NCBI GenBank assembly: GCA_964188305.1
Contig: OZ076885.1
Length of the DNA stretch: 64,000 bases
From: Podarcis bocagei
Taxonomy: Eukaryota
Reading direction: 5' to 3' (one strand)
This document shows positions 25,798 to 37,963 of the stretch, in pieces. Positions within the stretch are counted from its first letter, which is position 1. Each line of letters opens with the position of its first letter. The notes beneath the pieces are model-generated. The model was not told where the DNA came from and made no database searches. It saw only the letters and a program-made list of their open reading frames with translations. The translations under genes were made by a program, and so were the position numbers.

Positions 25798-27330
25798 GCT
25801 TTAGCTGATTATGTGACTAGGGTCTTAGGTAAGATATAGATTTGGCTCCCTATCTTCCCTCCTTAATGCTGATGACCCCAGTCAACAGCCTCTTAACACT
25901 GAAGAGTTATCCATTTTGAAGCACCAATTACAACGAACAACTCTCGGCACCCTTAACAAACTGCCACAGCTGTTTTAAGCTGTATGATGCTGCTGTAAAT
26001 GCAGATATAGTGTAGATGGGGCCTCAAGCTCTGTGTGGTTGCTGGATTCCTGCTGCGCTTTGGATCATGGGGTTGGTATGTTTATTTTGTACCTAAGGAA
26101 CACAAAGAACACGAGGGCACGCGTCTGGCTGAAGCAGAGCACAAAATAGTCTATTTATACAGGACCTAGATCATTATTAAAACAAAACTCCTGCTGGCTT
26201 TGTTGTGAATTTTGCAAGAACTAGGATGGTAGGGCTGAATATTAATAGCTGTTCTGCTCAATGAAAGCCATGTTAACATCCAGAAATGGTTTATTTAGAA
26301 TACCGCTCAAGCCTTTTTCTTCTTCTTTATTTGCTCCTTATGTCTATTTGGGGCACCCCCCTACAATTACTGCTGAAAACAAAGAAATAAGCCTTATCGG
26401 GACTTGGAGCCCAATATCTTTCACCAGCATAGAGGAGATGTTTTGATGATACAGTTTTCATTACTAAAAAATGCTATAGGATAATAAATTAATTCAATGT
26501 TGTGCACTTATCTATTAGACACATTACTACAGAAATATAAAAATGTTAATTATTCATTATCATCCCTGTGATTATTTGTTGCCGCTGATAATTACATTGA
26601 ATGTATTTTATATCAGTAATAACCTTCTGTCTACATTTACGACATATCATATCTGGGGGGCTTGTCAAGCTTTTTCCCCAAAGTCTTTTCTTTATTAAGA
26701 CACAGACCTCAAGAGTACATAACCTTTATGTTGAAGGCAGATTTTTTCCCCTCCTTCATATAAAGAGCAAATATTATAGATTAATTAATCCAATGTGATT
26801 ATAATTTAATCACCCCTCCTCAGTGCTCACTGGGGACTTGGCTGTTATTCAGTGGCTCATTCATATTGTTGTGAAGTATAAGCGCAGGCATAAAAATATT
26901 TGTGCCCTGTTCATTCATGGAACAGCAAACAGAGGTCCGTGGCCCCAATCCCACTTTAGTCACACACAAACTTGGTGTTAAATGTGTTGTCAATCATGCC
27001 GAAAGATGGACGGGAATGCAAAGTTGAAAGAATGTTGGACTGAAGCGCAACGCAGTGCAGACAGAATCCACCCCCACTCCTATGTTCTACCATTCAAAGC
27101 AATGTAGTGCAGACTCCACCCTCCCTCATATATACTCAGGCACATGTGAATTATCTGATTTGTACCAAGATGAGACATGTGAGCAATCTAAAGCTTTTTT
27201 ATGTTTATGAAGCATAAAGAATGAGACCAGTTCTTTTCAAAACCACAGTAATACTTTCAAAACAGTAGAAATCCTTTTACAGCCTGAAACTTTGGTTTCA
27301 ATATTCAGGCTGCAATTCTATATGCACTTA

Positions 27331-27533
27331 AAAAGGTAAAGGGACTCCTGACCGTTAGGTCCAGTCGCGGACGACTCTGGGGTTGCGGCGCTCATCTTGC
27401 TTTACTGGCCGAGGGAGCCGGCGTACAGCTTCCAGGTCATGTGGCCAGCATGACTAAGCCGCTTCTGGCAAACCAAAGCAGCGCATGGAAACACTGTTTA
27501 CCTTCCCACCGGAGCGGTACATATTTATCTACT
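27331..27533 (-). mobile_element. Sauria SINE, 5'-truncated
   Basis: Reverse complement of 2088-2290 with more CpGs retained. TSD tgcactta at 27323-27330 and 27534-27541. Inserted into a mini-MITE. Confidence 0.95.
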
Positions 27534-28218
27534 TGCACTTACTTGGGCATAAATCCCATTTAACTCAGTGAGAGTAACTTCTTACTAAACATGCATAGGG
27601 TTGAATGAAAGGAAGCGCTGTCCTGAGTTTTCCAGCCTTTGGAGGTAACGTGGGCAAGTCTGAGGAGCAGGGCCTTTTCAGTTGTGGCCCCCACTCTATA
27701 GAATTGGTTCCCTCAGGTAGCTTGTCAGACTCATTTTGCTCATTTGTAGTAAAACTGGGAATAAATAACCTTGTTGGTTTTCAGGGTAAGTGTCAGAGAG
27801 TTATGACTGCCTTCAGAAACCTCCCTATTGCAGGCATTGAAGTCTTTTCCACCCTTGCCACTCTGCCACCTGTTGTCCTCAATCAGGAATGACATGCCCC
27901 GGGAATGGGGGGAAATGAGGTCATAAGAGCAGCTGTCTTGTGTCAGACCAAAGGCATATTTAGTCCAGCCTTTGGTTCTAAATGCATTGTGGCCAACCAG
28001 GTGCATATGAAAACCCCACAAGGGGAACATCAGCCCCAACCCCAATGAGAAGGAAAACCTTTGAAAAAATACAACCACTGACAGAAGGACTGGTTGAAGG
28101 TTAAATTCTCCCCTCTCCATTCCACCTTGCTGGCGTGAGTCCAGTAGGGCTTGGATTTGACACCTCGCTGGTCACACTCCCTCTCCCAACAAGGCAGAAC
28201 TGCTACACTAGTGTAAAC

Positions 28219-28353
28219 CAGGGTTAACCAATTTGGTGTCCTCCAGATATTTTGGTCTGCAATTCCCATCAGCCCTGGCCACCATGGTTAACCTTCAGGG
28301 ATGATGGGAATTGTAGTCCACAACATCTGGAGGGCATCATGTTGACTACCCAG
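28219..28353. mobile_element. ~135-bp palindromic hAT-type MITE (reference copy)
   Basis: Self-complementary along its length. 8-bp TSD gtgtaaac/gtataaac. Other copies near 9470-9525, 15550-15648, 20105-20205, 39125-39258, 44986-45093 and 61350-61470. Confidence 0.85.
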
Positions 28354-29574
28354 GTATAAACAAGACAAACCAGGCAGCCAGGTGTATTTTATGTACATAT
28401 CTGCCCCATTCACATATAGAGAGTGCAAGAAACTGTTTAAAGCTGTGTACCAGAGAAAGGGGAGGGGAAGGGAGCTTTGCTTCATTTCTCTGCTTGCTCC
28501 TTTCTGTGTAAAAGGTAGACCTCCATCTCTGTCTCCATATATGAACAGGACAGAGACATTCATGGCTGCCCCACCACATCAACCCCATAGTTTGCAGTGG
28601 GGTTCACTCCAGGCCCATGTTAGCTGGATTGGATCCATTATCTATGTATTACCAAGGCTGTACAGCAGAGTTTAAAACCAATAATTGTCTTGGGTGTTGG
28701 TAGCACTCTTGTGAAACACAATGTTCTCAACCTGTACGTACCTGACCAAAAGCTACATGTCCAAACCTATTTTTATAAAGCCAGAATTTGTTACTCACAG
28801 ATGGAGAATCTCTTTTTCACTCCAGTCTGTCGCGGAAAGAGTGTCTGTTCATGTGTGCATGTGCACATTTCTTGGAATTAAAGCATAGCCACTGGATAAT
28901 TTAAATCTTTAATTTGCAAATATCTGCCAAAATGCTTTCATACTGCTCTCCCTCAGTTTTGTCTTTTTGGAGGAAATGTAAATTTCTGTGCCAGAGACCT
29001 TTGGATAAAGTGTAACTTGTGAGTGCAAATGAAATTACTATTTGATCAAAAAAAAGAAACATTTGGACTGCTAACTCTTGTGACAACAGTGTTTAATTAA
29101 ATGAAGTTTAATATTTTAGAGACTATCTTGTTTGAGGAAGCTAAGCTAATGTTTCATTAATACTTTAGGAGGAAGTCAAAGTTACATGAGATTTAAATTG
29201 CAAAGTCTGTCTTCTTTCATCGCCAAAGCCTATGGAATATATCACTTGGGTTCTAAAAATCATTGTAGTTTCAGTATGTCCCTGACAGAAAACCACATGA
29301 ATGGGATTCCATAATGGAGCATTACCCTGAAAAAATGATAATATTTTTATTAGTGAAATGTAGTTTTGATCAGGGAGGAGTACATGTTGCACCATTGCAC
29401 CTGCACAGCCCCAACCTTACAGCAAATCTCTCTCCCTCCCCCACTGTCATGGTAAATGGCACCATGGCACTGCTGCCTCCCACTACTGTGCCAGCTACCA
29501 CCTTGCCTCAGTGGCAGAGCTACAGGATAGTAGGGTGTGGCTGTCAGCTGGCCCACAGGAGAGGGAAGGGGGAT

Positions 29575-30072
29575 TAGGTCCTGCAGCAGCTCCCCATTTG
29601 TGGAATGCTCTTCCCAAGGAGTTTCAACCTAGCCATTGGCTGATTAAAATTCTATGGCCTTTTAAATGTACTTGTGGGAAGGGTGGCGGCGGCAATTGTT
29701 TTGTTTTCACTTTAATGACTTGTTTTGTGCTTCTGTCCCAGGGGTCAGCAAGGTTTATCTGGCCTGGGCCGGATCGGTCCCACAGAGATCCCTCCGTGGG
29801 CCAGGTCACACGTGCGCCCGCAATTTTCGGCATCTGCACATGCACAAATGCGATTTTCGGCATATGCATGTGCGCAGACATGATTTTCGGTGCCATGGAA
29901 GTGAGTGGGCAACTCAGTTTAGGGGTGGTTTGTGGGCCGGTCAAACGACCTCCGTGGGCTGCTTCCGGCCCATGGGCCTTAGGTTGGTGACCCCTGTTCT
30001 ATCCTGTGTTTTTGTCTTGTGAACTGCCCTGAGATCTTTGGATGAAGGGTGGTATATAAATTTAATAAATAA
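29575..30072 (+). mobile_element. L2-clade LINE 3' end split by a hAT MITE
   Basis: Encodes AAAPHLWNALPKE, the typical L2 ORF2 C-terminal APxLWNxLP motif. Tail gtgaactgccctgagatc..agggtggtatataaatttaataaataa. Confidence 0.75.
29739..29996. mobile_element. hAT (Charlie-like) MITE
   Basis: TIR caggggtcagcaa / ttggtgacccctg. 8-bp TSD ttctgtcc/ttctatcc. Internal ~30-bp tandem repeat containing attttcgg (three units). Confidence 0.9.
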
Positions 30073-30473
30073 TCAACTGAAAATGCAAATAGATTGGGGT
30101 GGGGGTGGCTGGCAGATGGGCAGCTGTGCATGTAGCAGCAGCAGCAGCAAGTGCTCTGGCAATGTTGGAACATGTATAGCATTAGAACTGCTTTAGTGGG
30201 CAGGCTAGGAGGTGCAGAGCTACTATTTAAATCTACTATGAGGGAGAAAGGGCTGACTCTAGCTAATGGGAGGGCTGTCCCTGAATCTGTCAACCCAGAA
30301 ACTAAGGGTCACAGCAAAGAAAGGAGGCGATTTTCTTTCTAATTCAGTGCTGGTACCTCAGGTGTTACCTCATCAGGTGCAATGTGGTTTGGTAGCATTG
30401 CTGTGCCGGTGGCTTCTTGGGGAGGCGGGGAATAGCTGTCCTTAGCCCCTAGCAGAAGCACTGAGTTACATCT

Positions 30474-31120
30474 AGGGATGGGAGAACCTGCCAGTTTTGA
30501 TTTCCCTCACTTTTTCATTTTTCCATGTTCTCCACATTCGTTCGTAATTTTTGTTAAAAAATTCTCATCAAACTTCTTCTGCGTTTTAGTGAGAATGTCT
30601 ACTAATGTAGCCATTTTTGTATGCAATTTCACCTAACTTGCATTTCCCCCCCAAAGCTATTCTCCTTAATATAATGTATTTTTGTACATTCTTTTAATTA
30701 CAGTGGTATCTTGGGTTAAGTACTTAATTCGTTCTGGAGGTCCGTACTTAACCTGAAACTGTTCTTAACCTGAAGCACCACTCTTGCTGCTGCCGTGCCG
30801 CTGTAGAACAATTTCTGTTTTCATCCTGAAGCAAAGTTCTTAACCTGAAGCACTATTTCTGGGTTAGCGGAGTCTATAACCTGAAGCGTATGTAACCTGA
30901 AGTGGTAACCCGAGGTACCACTGTACATATACACACTTTATGCTGCTATGTGCATTTCTGTACATATTACTTGACTGGAGTACTGCTTTGCAAAATTCAG
31001 AGGACTGCAAATTTTAAAGGGGGGGGGCTGTGTTTTGTTTCAGGTTTTTATTTTGGAAAGTGTGAATTAGTTTTAGGCTTGCCTTTCAAAGCAAACTGAA
31101 TCAAATTTGTCTCCATTCCT
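30474..31120. mobile_element. AT-rich MITE, copy 2 (host of a Tc1/mariner MITE)
   Basis: agggatggggagaa ... ttgtctccattcct inverted ends; homologous to 29-435. Confidence 0.75.
30701..30923. mobile_element. Tc1/mariner (pogo/Tigger-like) MITE, copy 1
   Basis: TIR cagtggtatcttgggtta / taacccgaggtaccactg, TA TSD on both sides, repeated taacctgaa motif. Confidence 0.92.
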
Positions 31121-31362
31121 TGTTACCCCAATTCCTCCCACATATAAACACACTTCCTGAAATGTTCATGGGGCTTCAGCCTGCTTTTCATTCCTAAACA
31201 TGAACCATCAAAACAGTCTGTAGTGTTACATCTGAATGTGGGATTTTGTTGAAAGGTAAGGAACTGCCACTTTGGAAAAGCCCTACTTTATGTATGTTGA
31301 ACAGTGGGAGCTTTTAAATTCAGCTTTGAAGAGGGAGTGAGGGTATTCCCAATGTGACTATT

Positions 31363-31374
31363 CACACACACACA

Positions 31375-31410
<36 letters not shown>
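31363..31410. repeat. (CA)n microsatellite
   Basis: Direct reading. Confidence 0.95.
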
Positions 31411-31412
<2 letters not shown>

Positions 31413-31948
31413 GGTTAACAGGTCATCTGAATCCACGCTTCATGAGCTGTGCAGGAAGTCTGTGCAGAGTCGCTTCACAGAATACATTTGGGGGGAAAGA
31501 CACTTTTGTTACTCACTATATTTGAATAGGCTCATTTGCAGGATAGGTCTCCAAATGCTGGTGCGTGTGAGGGTGGAATATTACAGTTAAAGAGCTTTGC
31601 CTGCAGCTATATCCCCGCCCCAAGCTGTGTTTTTGGCAACGTTTTGTAAGTTAAATGTGATTAGGCTGAATCAACATCTGGGTTGGAATCCAAAGGAATA
31701 CTGAGGCAGTAATCTGGATGATGAGAAAAATGACACTACTGAAATGAGCTTTCATTAGACGCTTGTGGGATGCTTAGAAGGATCAGCATGTTACCCATGG
31801 CTGTTGTCATGTCTGTTTTGGCCCCATGTGTTTGGTTCAGTGGGTGCTGCTGAAAAGCAAATAATGTACAACCAACCAATGGTAATAAACCTCTTGTAGA
31901 AGTAGAGTCTACAGCAAAAGATGGACTTCTCCCATTTAAGATTAAAAC

Positions 31949-32026
31949 CATAGCTGTCAATGTTTCCCTTATTTTAAGGGAAATTCCCTTATTCCAAGTA
32001 GGATTCCTCCATAGTTGACAGCTATG
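31949..32026. mobile_element. 78-bp minimal MITE
   Basis: Perfect inverted ends catagctgtcaa / ttgacagctatg (symmetry extends 4 bp into the flanks, aaac/gttt); internal hairpin ttcccttattttaagggaa. Confidence 0.7.
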
Positions 32027-33256
32027 GTTTCAACCAGTCAATGCCTTCCTTTCTCAAGAATCCAGCAGCATTCTGCACCCACAGAGTGCACTCAGTCACC
32101 AGTGGGTTGTTTTTTTTCTTTTCATTCCCTCTGCCCACTGTTAGTTTCTACTTCTGCAAACAGATGTTTTCCCTTGAGGTTTTCCTGGGAGTCCCTCTCT
32201 TGTGTATGGTGCCATTTTGTACTGGCACTCGAAGGACTGAACTCACTTTTTTTGTACAGGAAAAATATTGCTGATATAAGCTCTGATTGCAACCTGAGAA
32301 CTCCAACATGCTTAAAACCATCAATCTCGGGCTCCAATCCTCATCTTATTTATTTAGGCAATAAATAACTTACTTCTATGTTAAGTTGCATAGGATTGTA
32401 CTGCACATGTCTGAGTGACAAAGCATAATAACATCACAACTATGGTTTGAATAACCAGACAAGAGAGCATGGAAGCTGGGGTAGGCATATTATTTACCTT
32501 AGCTACCTAGTTCAAATTCTTTGGGGGGAAATTGCTGCAACATCTCATGATCATTTCATTAAAAAAAAACCTTAGCTGATCTTTTATTTCAGAGGACATT
32601 TGACAAATTCAAAGGGAAGAAATCAGTGGGTGCAGATGGCATGCATTGTAGAGTTTGAAGCTCAAATCTAAAATCATTGATCTTTTAACTAAATTATGCA
32701 GCAACATAAAATAAGCCCCTTTGCTATAAATAAAGAGGCAACTAATGTAACACTTCTTACGAAAAAGAGGATTTGGAACGCAGGAATGTCATCCTGAATT
32801 CTGCTCCTGGGAAATTACTAAACAGCAGTATTAAAATGTGACAGAAGGGGACAGAGTGGCAGAGAGTCTTAAGTGTAAGAAGTGCAGACTGAACCAGTAC
32901 TTGGTTATCTGGAAATAATTCCCACAGAGCTCAAATCACACTTAAATTCAAAGACATTTGCATGGGATTGTGGCCTTAGGTCCGGAAGCCAGCTAGATTT
33001 ATTTCTAAATGCTCTCACTGTTAGGAAACAGGCAGAGCGATCCTAACCTAAGGACAGTATCAGGCCTGCAGCTACATCTCAAGCCTTGCCAGCTCATACT
33101 AACCAAGATGGAAGGTCTTGTATCTGCAGTTCTGCCTTCTTTCTTGCAACACCAGCTGCAAGCTGTTCATAGCTTGAAATGCCCAAGGATTGCACTCCTG
33201 ATGGGAGGGGGAAATGTGTGGACATTGGATTCAAAGGAGCTACAGCTGTCATCAAT

Positions 33257-33257
<1 letters not shown>

Positions 33258-33301
<44 letters not shown>
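33258..33301. repeat. (GT)n microsatellite
   Basis: Direct reading. Confidence 0.95.
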
Positions 33302-33303
<2 letters not shown>

Positions 33304-33486
33304 ATACTATTATATTCCACCAAGGCCACTACCATGGCTTGCAATACCTTCCCCATATAATATTAAACATAAAATTGCAAAACACAGTAAAGCCTGATAT
33401 TCCCCAGGAAACAACCATGTCTTCTACCCAGGGCAGGGGACTGGATGTGCTTTGCCCGACTGGAAGCCTTCAGGCGGTGGCTAGGC

Positions 33487-33848
33487 AACATAAGAAGAGC
33501 CTGTTGAGTCATGTCAATGGCCCATCTCGTTCGCCATCCTGCTCCCATAGTGGCCAGCCAGATTCCTGTGGGAAACTGGCGAGCAGGACCCAAACCCAAG
33601 AGCCCGCTCCTCTCCTGTGGCTTCCAGCAACTGGTATTCAGAAGCATCACTGCCTCCAACTACGGAAGCAAAGCAGAGCCACCAATGCCAGGAGCCACCT
33701 ATAGCCCTCTCCTCCATGAGTTTGTCCAGTCCTCTTTTAAAGCCATCCAGGTTGGTGGCCATTGCTGCCTCCTGTGGAAATGAGGTCCCTAGTTTAAATC
33801 TGCACTGTGTGAAGTGGTACTTTCTTTTATCTGTCCCAGATCTTCCAT
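33487..33848 (-). mobile_element. CR1 LINE 3' end (second CR1 family)
   Basis: ORF 33514-33852 gives TDKRKYHFTQ...MATNLDGFKRGLDKLMEERAI, the CR1 ORF2 terminus. Ends ctcttcttatgtt on the minus strand. Confidence 0.9.
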
Positions 33849-34597
33849 CCATTGGGATACTTTATCTCTTGATTCCCTGCGTTGAAGGAGGGGTTGGACT
33901 AAATGGTTGAACTGCCTTTGCCTTTGCCTAACCTGCTTAGTCAAATCCTCAGTTGGCCCACCCTACAGGAGTTGCATCACTGGTCTGATGGTAAGGAACA
34001 GTGCTCATTTTCCCAAATGCTACGCAGGGTATTTACAAGTCTAGAACCATAGTTATTTTAAATCTTAATTAGTGTTTTCAGTCTCTTTAAGCAGTATCAT
34101 AAAAAATTCCTTGGTGGTGTACAGCTTATAAAAAACGTTTTATACATAAGAATGCAGGCGCCTTTTTAGTAAAAAAAATATGTAATTGCTCTACAAATGT
34201 CATAACCTGTCTGAATGCTAACCGCTCAATAAAAGTTTGTTCTGTCTTCTAAAAAATAGATGCTAATTAATGCTGGATAATAAGAGTTCTGCTGGCTAAG
34301 GATGTTGTTAAATTAAAAATGTACTTGCCGTGTCTCATTTAATCCTATTGTTTTGCTTCCCCATCTGTTTGAGATTGATGTCTCTCATGTATGCTTGGGA
34401 ATGATCTTGGCGCTTGGTTGAGAAAGGCTGAGTTTTCAACTAGGTAGGCTGGGTAAAATAGCAGCCCTGAACATTTGTGAGGATAGATTATGGGCTGCAC
34501 CATGGTCCCTATGCAGCTGTTGTGGGGCAGGGCACCTGCAACTTACATATCTCAACACGTTGCTAAACCATGGAATTGGTTCACACAACACATAGTT

Positions 34598-34862
34598 AAA
34601 CTATGGAATTGCTACCCCAAGATGTAGTGACGGGCAACAACTTTCAAAAGAGGATTTGACAGTAAGGCCATGAGTGGTTACTAGCCATGATAGTTATGTT
34701 CTACCTCCATTGTTGGTGGCAGTAACCTCTGAATACTAGCTGTTGTTGAACTTGGGCTCTGCTTACAGGCTTCCCAAAGGCAACTGGTTGGCCATTGTGA
34801 GCTGGAGATGCTGGAGAAGATGGACCTTTGGCCTGATTGCAACAGGGCTCTCTTTCATTCTT
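34598..34862 (+). mobile_element. CR1 3' end, degraded
   Basis: aaactatggaattgctaccccaagatgtagtgacgggcaacaact..aaaagaggatttgac (LWNxLPQDVV motif) followed by the 3' UTR. Confidence 0.75.
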
Positions 34863-35015
34863 AATCCCTTTAAAAGTCTAGTATAGACAAAGCCGGATAA
34901 AAGATATATGAGTTGAGGGGGAGAGGACTTACTCCAAAAGTTTAGTAAGTCTTGATTCAATATATATCAGGCAGGCCAGACAAAGGCAACTACTTCTGCA
35001 CACAACATGCAATTA

Positions 35016-35064
<49 letters not shown>
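35016..35064. repeat. (TTG)n microsatellite, possibly the tail of an L2-like fragment on the minus strand
   Basis: Direct reading; followed by tataccgccccata..tctcagggcagt. Confidence 0.85.
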
Positions 35065-36249
35065 ATTAAAATGTGTATACCGCCCCATACCTACAGGTCT
35101 CAGGGCAGTTCCCAGATATATGGAAGTCACAGTGGCACTGGCTACCTTTCTCAGATCGGCAATGGTTTCTGGCACTCTGTCGTTCAACAAGAGCCACAAC
35201 AAAATGACTTTTTCTATCTAAATTAGGCTGCTGAAATGAAGGAAATGAACCAAGGCAGAAGCAGCCCTTACCTTGCCAATGCCAGAGCTCTAACATCAGC
35301 AGGGCTGAAAAGGAGGCATGCTGTGGGCAGCCTTGGAGAAGACATTGATCCAAAGGATCCATAACTTTTCCACTTCCCCACCACATACACTTATGAAATA
35401 ACAGGGAGAAAACTATGCTAGCCCTGGAGTTGGTGTAGTGAATTTCCACTCCATTGTTCCCAGCGGGATGAAAATTGTTAAAGAAGAAGAAGGAAAAAGT
35501 AGGAGTAGGGAGCACAAGTGCGAGCACAGGTAAGAAAGAGGCATGGATGAGGTGCTTCCCTCCCTCCACCTCGCTTTTTAGGATTGCAGCCTTAGTTCCT
35601 TTGCTAGGCACAAGCAATAACCTCCATATCCGAATAGGTCATCTTCAGTCTGTCACCTCAGGTGTTCTTATCAACTCAAATATGGTGAGTCTCAATGGGA
35701 TCATTTCCCACATTTTCAGCCATCAGTCACAAACAAAGGCGTCAGGTGATGCACGTGAGCCAGGCCTTAAAGCTTCTCAAAACATGAGCAAGAATATGCA
35801 TAGGCACAGATCCATGGAGATGGACCCTCCAGTGAACTGAATGAAGCATCTACAAGAGCATCAGGCCCACCCTTCCAAAACCAATGACCAAATTAGCCTA
35901 CAGGCAAGTTGGCTAGGAAGTTGAGAAAATCAGACTTGACTATACAAGTTGCAAGTCCACTTGACAGCTGGTAAATCAGTGTTTCCATTTCTCATGTATA
36001 AAATTGAATTAACTGATGAAAAAGAGAAGGGCATGTTGATAGTTTCCCATTGCTATCTGATAGGTTAGGCTATAAATAATAATAAATTAACTTGTGTAGT
36101 TCTATGTAATCTAACTGCTTCAGCGTCAATTACATTAAGATAAGGTCTACCCCTATGAAGAAATCAATGCTGGAGGAGGGCAAGCAAGAGCCCTGGAAAT
36201 TATGAAGCTTTGGCTTATGAGATCTGTCTCAATATATTTCCATTCTGAC

Positions 36250-36790
36250 TCTTCCCACAATCATTTTCTCACCAAAGCCCCAGTGCAGAGGAAATATCTA
36301 TTTCATTACAGCTTATCAATGACTTGTTTTTAAAAAGAAAATCACATTATTTGCCCAACACGAGGGGTCTGGCTGTTTGACCTGAATATATTAAAATATT
36401 GTAATGTTTTGTTACATACCCGAAGATTAAAAAAAAAAAAAGGACATTGCTTATTAGCTTTCCCTTCCATGTCTCTTATAAAGGTTTGTTTGACAGAGCA
36501 TAAGATAGTGGTAAAATCCTAAGGTAAAGGTTAAACTCTGTTTTATTATGTTTACAGGATTTAAAGGGTAAATCAGGAAGTGCTTATTTAACGTTGGAGT
36601 GAAAGTGGTGGATTAGTAACCAGACCGAGACTTAAAAGCAGCCTTAATCCTTAAAAATCTCTGAGGGTGAAAGGTCACTCTTAACACCACATCGGGTAAA
36701 GAATGAAGCAGACTGAAGCTTCTGTTTCATCATTGCCTGACTAATCCACTGAGGAAATGAGCGGCACTGTTTTTGAGCTGGGCAAACGGG
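36250..36790. promoter_or_regulatory. candidate conserved enhancer (K50 homeodomain sites plus nuclear receptor DR1)
   Basis: ggatta 36610-36615, taatcc 36645-36650 and 36742-36747, DR1 gggtga-a-aggtca 36665-36677; repeat-free. Confidence 0.4.
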
Positions 36791-37826
36791 CTGCCAAAAC
36801 TAAGGAAACGCATGGAGAATGAATGGGAAGTAATTAAAGAAGGTTTATTCTCTCTCTGAAATACTGGGGGTGGGGGTGGTAGGAGGGGTTTTAAGAGAGT
36901 GACTTAAAAAAAAAAGCTAGCCTCAATGAATATAAAATGAAATATTTTCACTCTTCTTTCATTCAGTAAACTAAAGTCCTGTCACGCGTCCAGGCTAGAG
37001 GTCAATGCACATGTTTATTCTTGTGGCAGAAGTGTCCTCAAGTCAGTGATGTTCCTATCTAGTTTTCCCCACAGAGAAGCATTTATGGGAAACAAGTCCT
37101 AAGGAAAGTCTAACCAGGCTGGGGGTGTAAATGCCAATGGATAACTGGATTCACTTGGATCCTAGTGGTGGATCTTTCCCACTGACCCAGAAGCAGAATC
37201 TCATCTGGCTCCCAACATCATTGACAGGACAGCAGCCCAGTGAGCCAACTCATAAGGGTGCTATGGACAACGAGGAGAACTGCTTTCATAAATAGATCAT
37301 GATCATGTGGTAGGCGTTGATGCCTTATAGTAGACGGAAAGAACACTAGTAGGCATTTCAGCAGCTCCATGAATCTCAGAGTGGCAGCACCACATATTGG
37401 GAAGGGTGCAGTGCATTTGCAGCGGCAGAAAAATTGCTCCCTCATTCCCCCCTCCAGAAGAAAGACTCAGCTCCATCAGTCAGTTTCTTGGGTGCCATCG
37501 ATCAGCAGAATATAAGGACTTTGGAGATATGTATTCAGATGTATATAAAGGCTGAGAGGTTCGCACACACACACCCCACAACACATGAGAGTGCTCAGAT
37601 TAAGTAACTTCAATAATTTCTTCCTGAATTCGTCTGTATCCAGCTCCCTTCCCTGTTCCTTTCCCCCTTCTGTCCTGTGTCTATTTGTAAGACCAAGGGC
37701 AGAGTTGGTCAGATCATTTGATCTTGCAAGTTCACATCCAAGATTCCATCACAAACATTCATTATTATTTTTTTGAATGAAGCCTTGATCATAATTAGAA
37801 CTGGAGCAGTGTTTTAATTTCCAGTG

Positions 37827-37828
<2 letters not shown>

Positions 37829-37895
<67 letters not shown>

Positions 37896-37963
37896 TATAA
37901 TTTATTACTTATACCCTGCCCATCTGGCTGGGCTTCCCCAGCCACTCTGGGCAGCTTCCAACA
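37829..37963 (-). mobile_element. L2-clade LINE extreme 3' end with long (AAT)n tail
   Basis: (aat)n 37829-37894, then tataccctgcccatctggctgggcttccccagccactctgggcagcttccaaca. The same sequence is captured inside the 56701 and 59461 elements. Confidence 0.8.

Noticed and set aside
29511-29990. 159-aa ORF and overlapping ORFs
   Set aside because: L2 remnant plus GC-rich MITE; not a host gene.
33009-33704. 231-aa ORF
   Set aside because: Read-through of a (GT)n microsatellite and antisense CR1 UTR.
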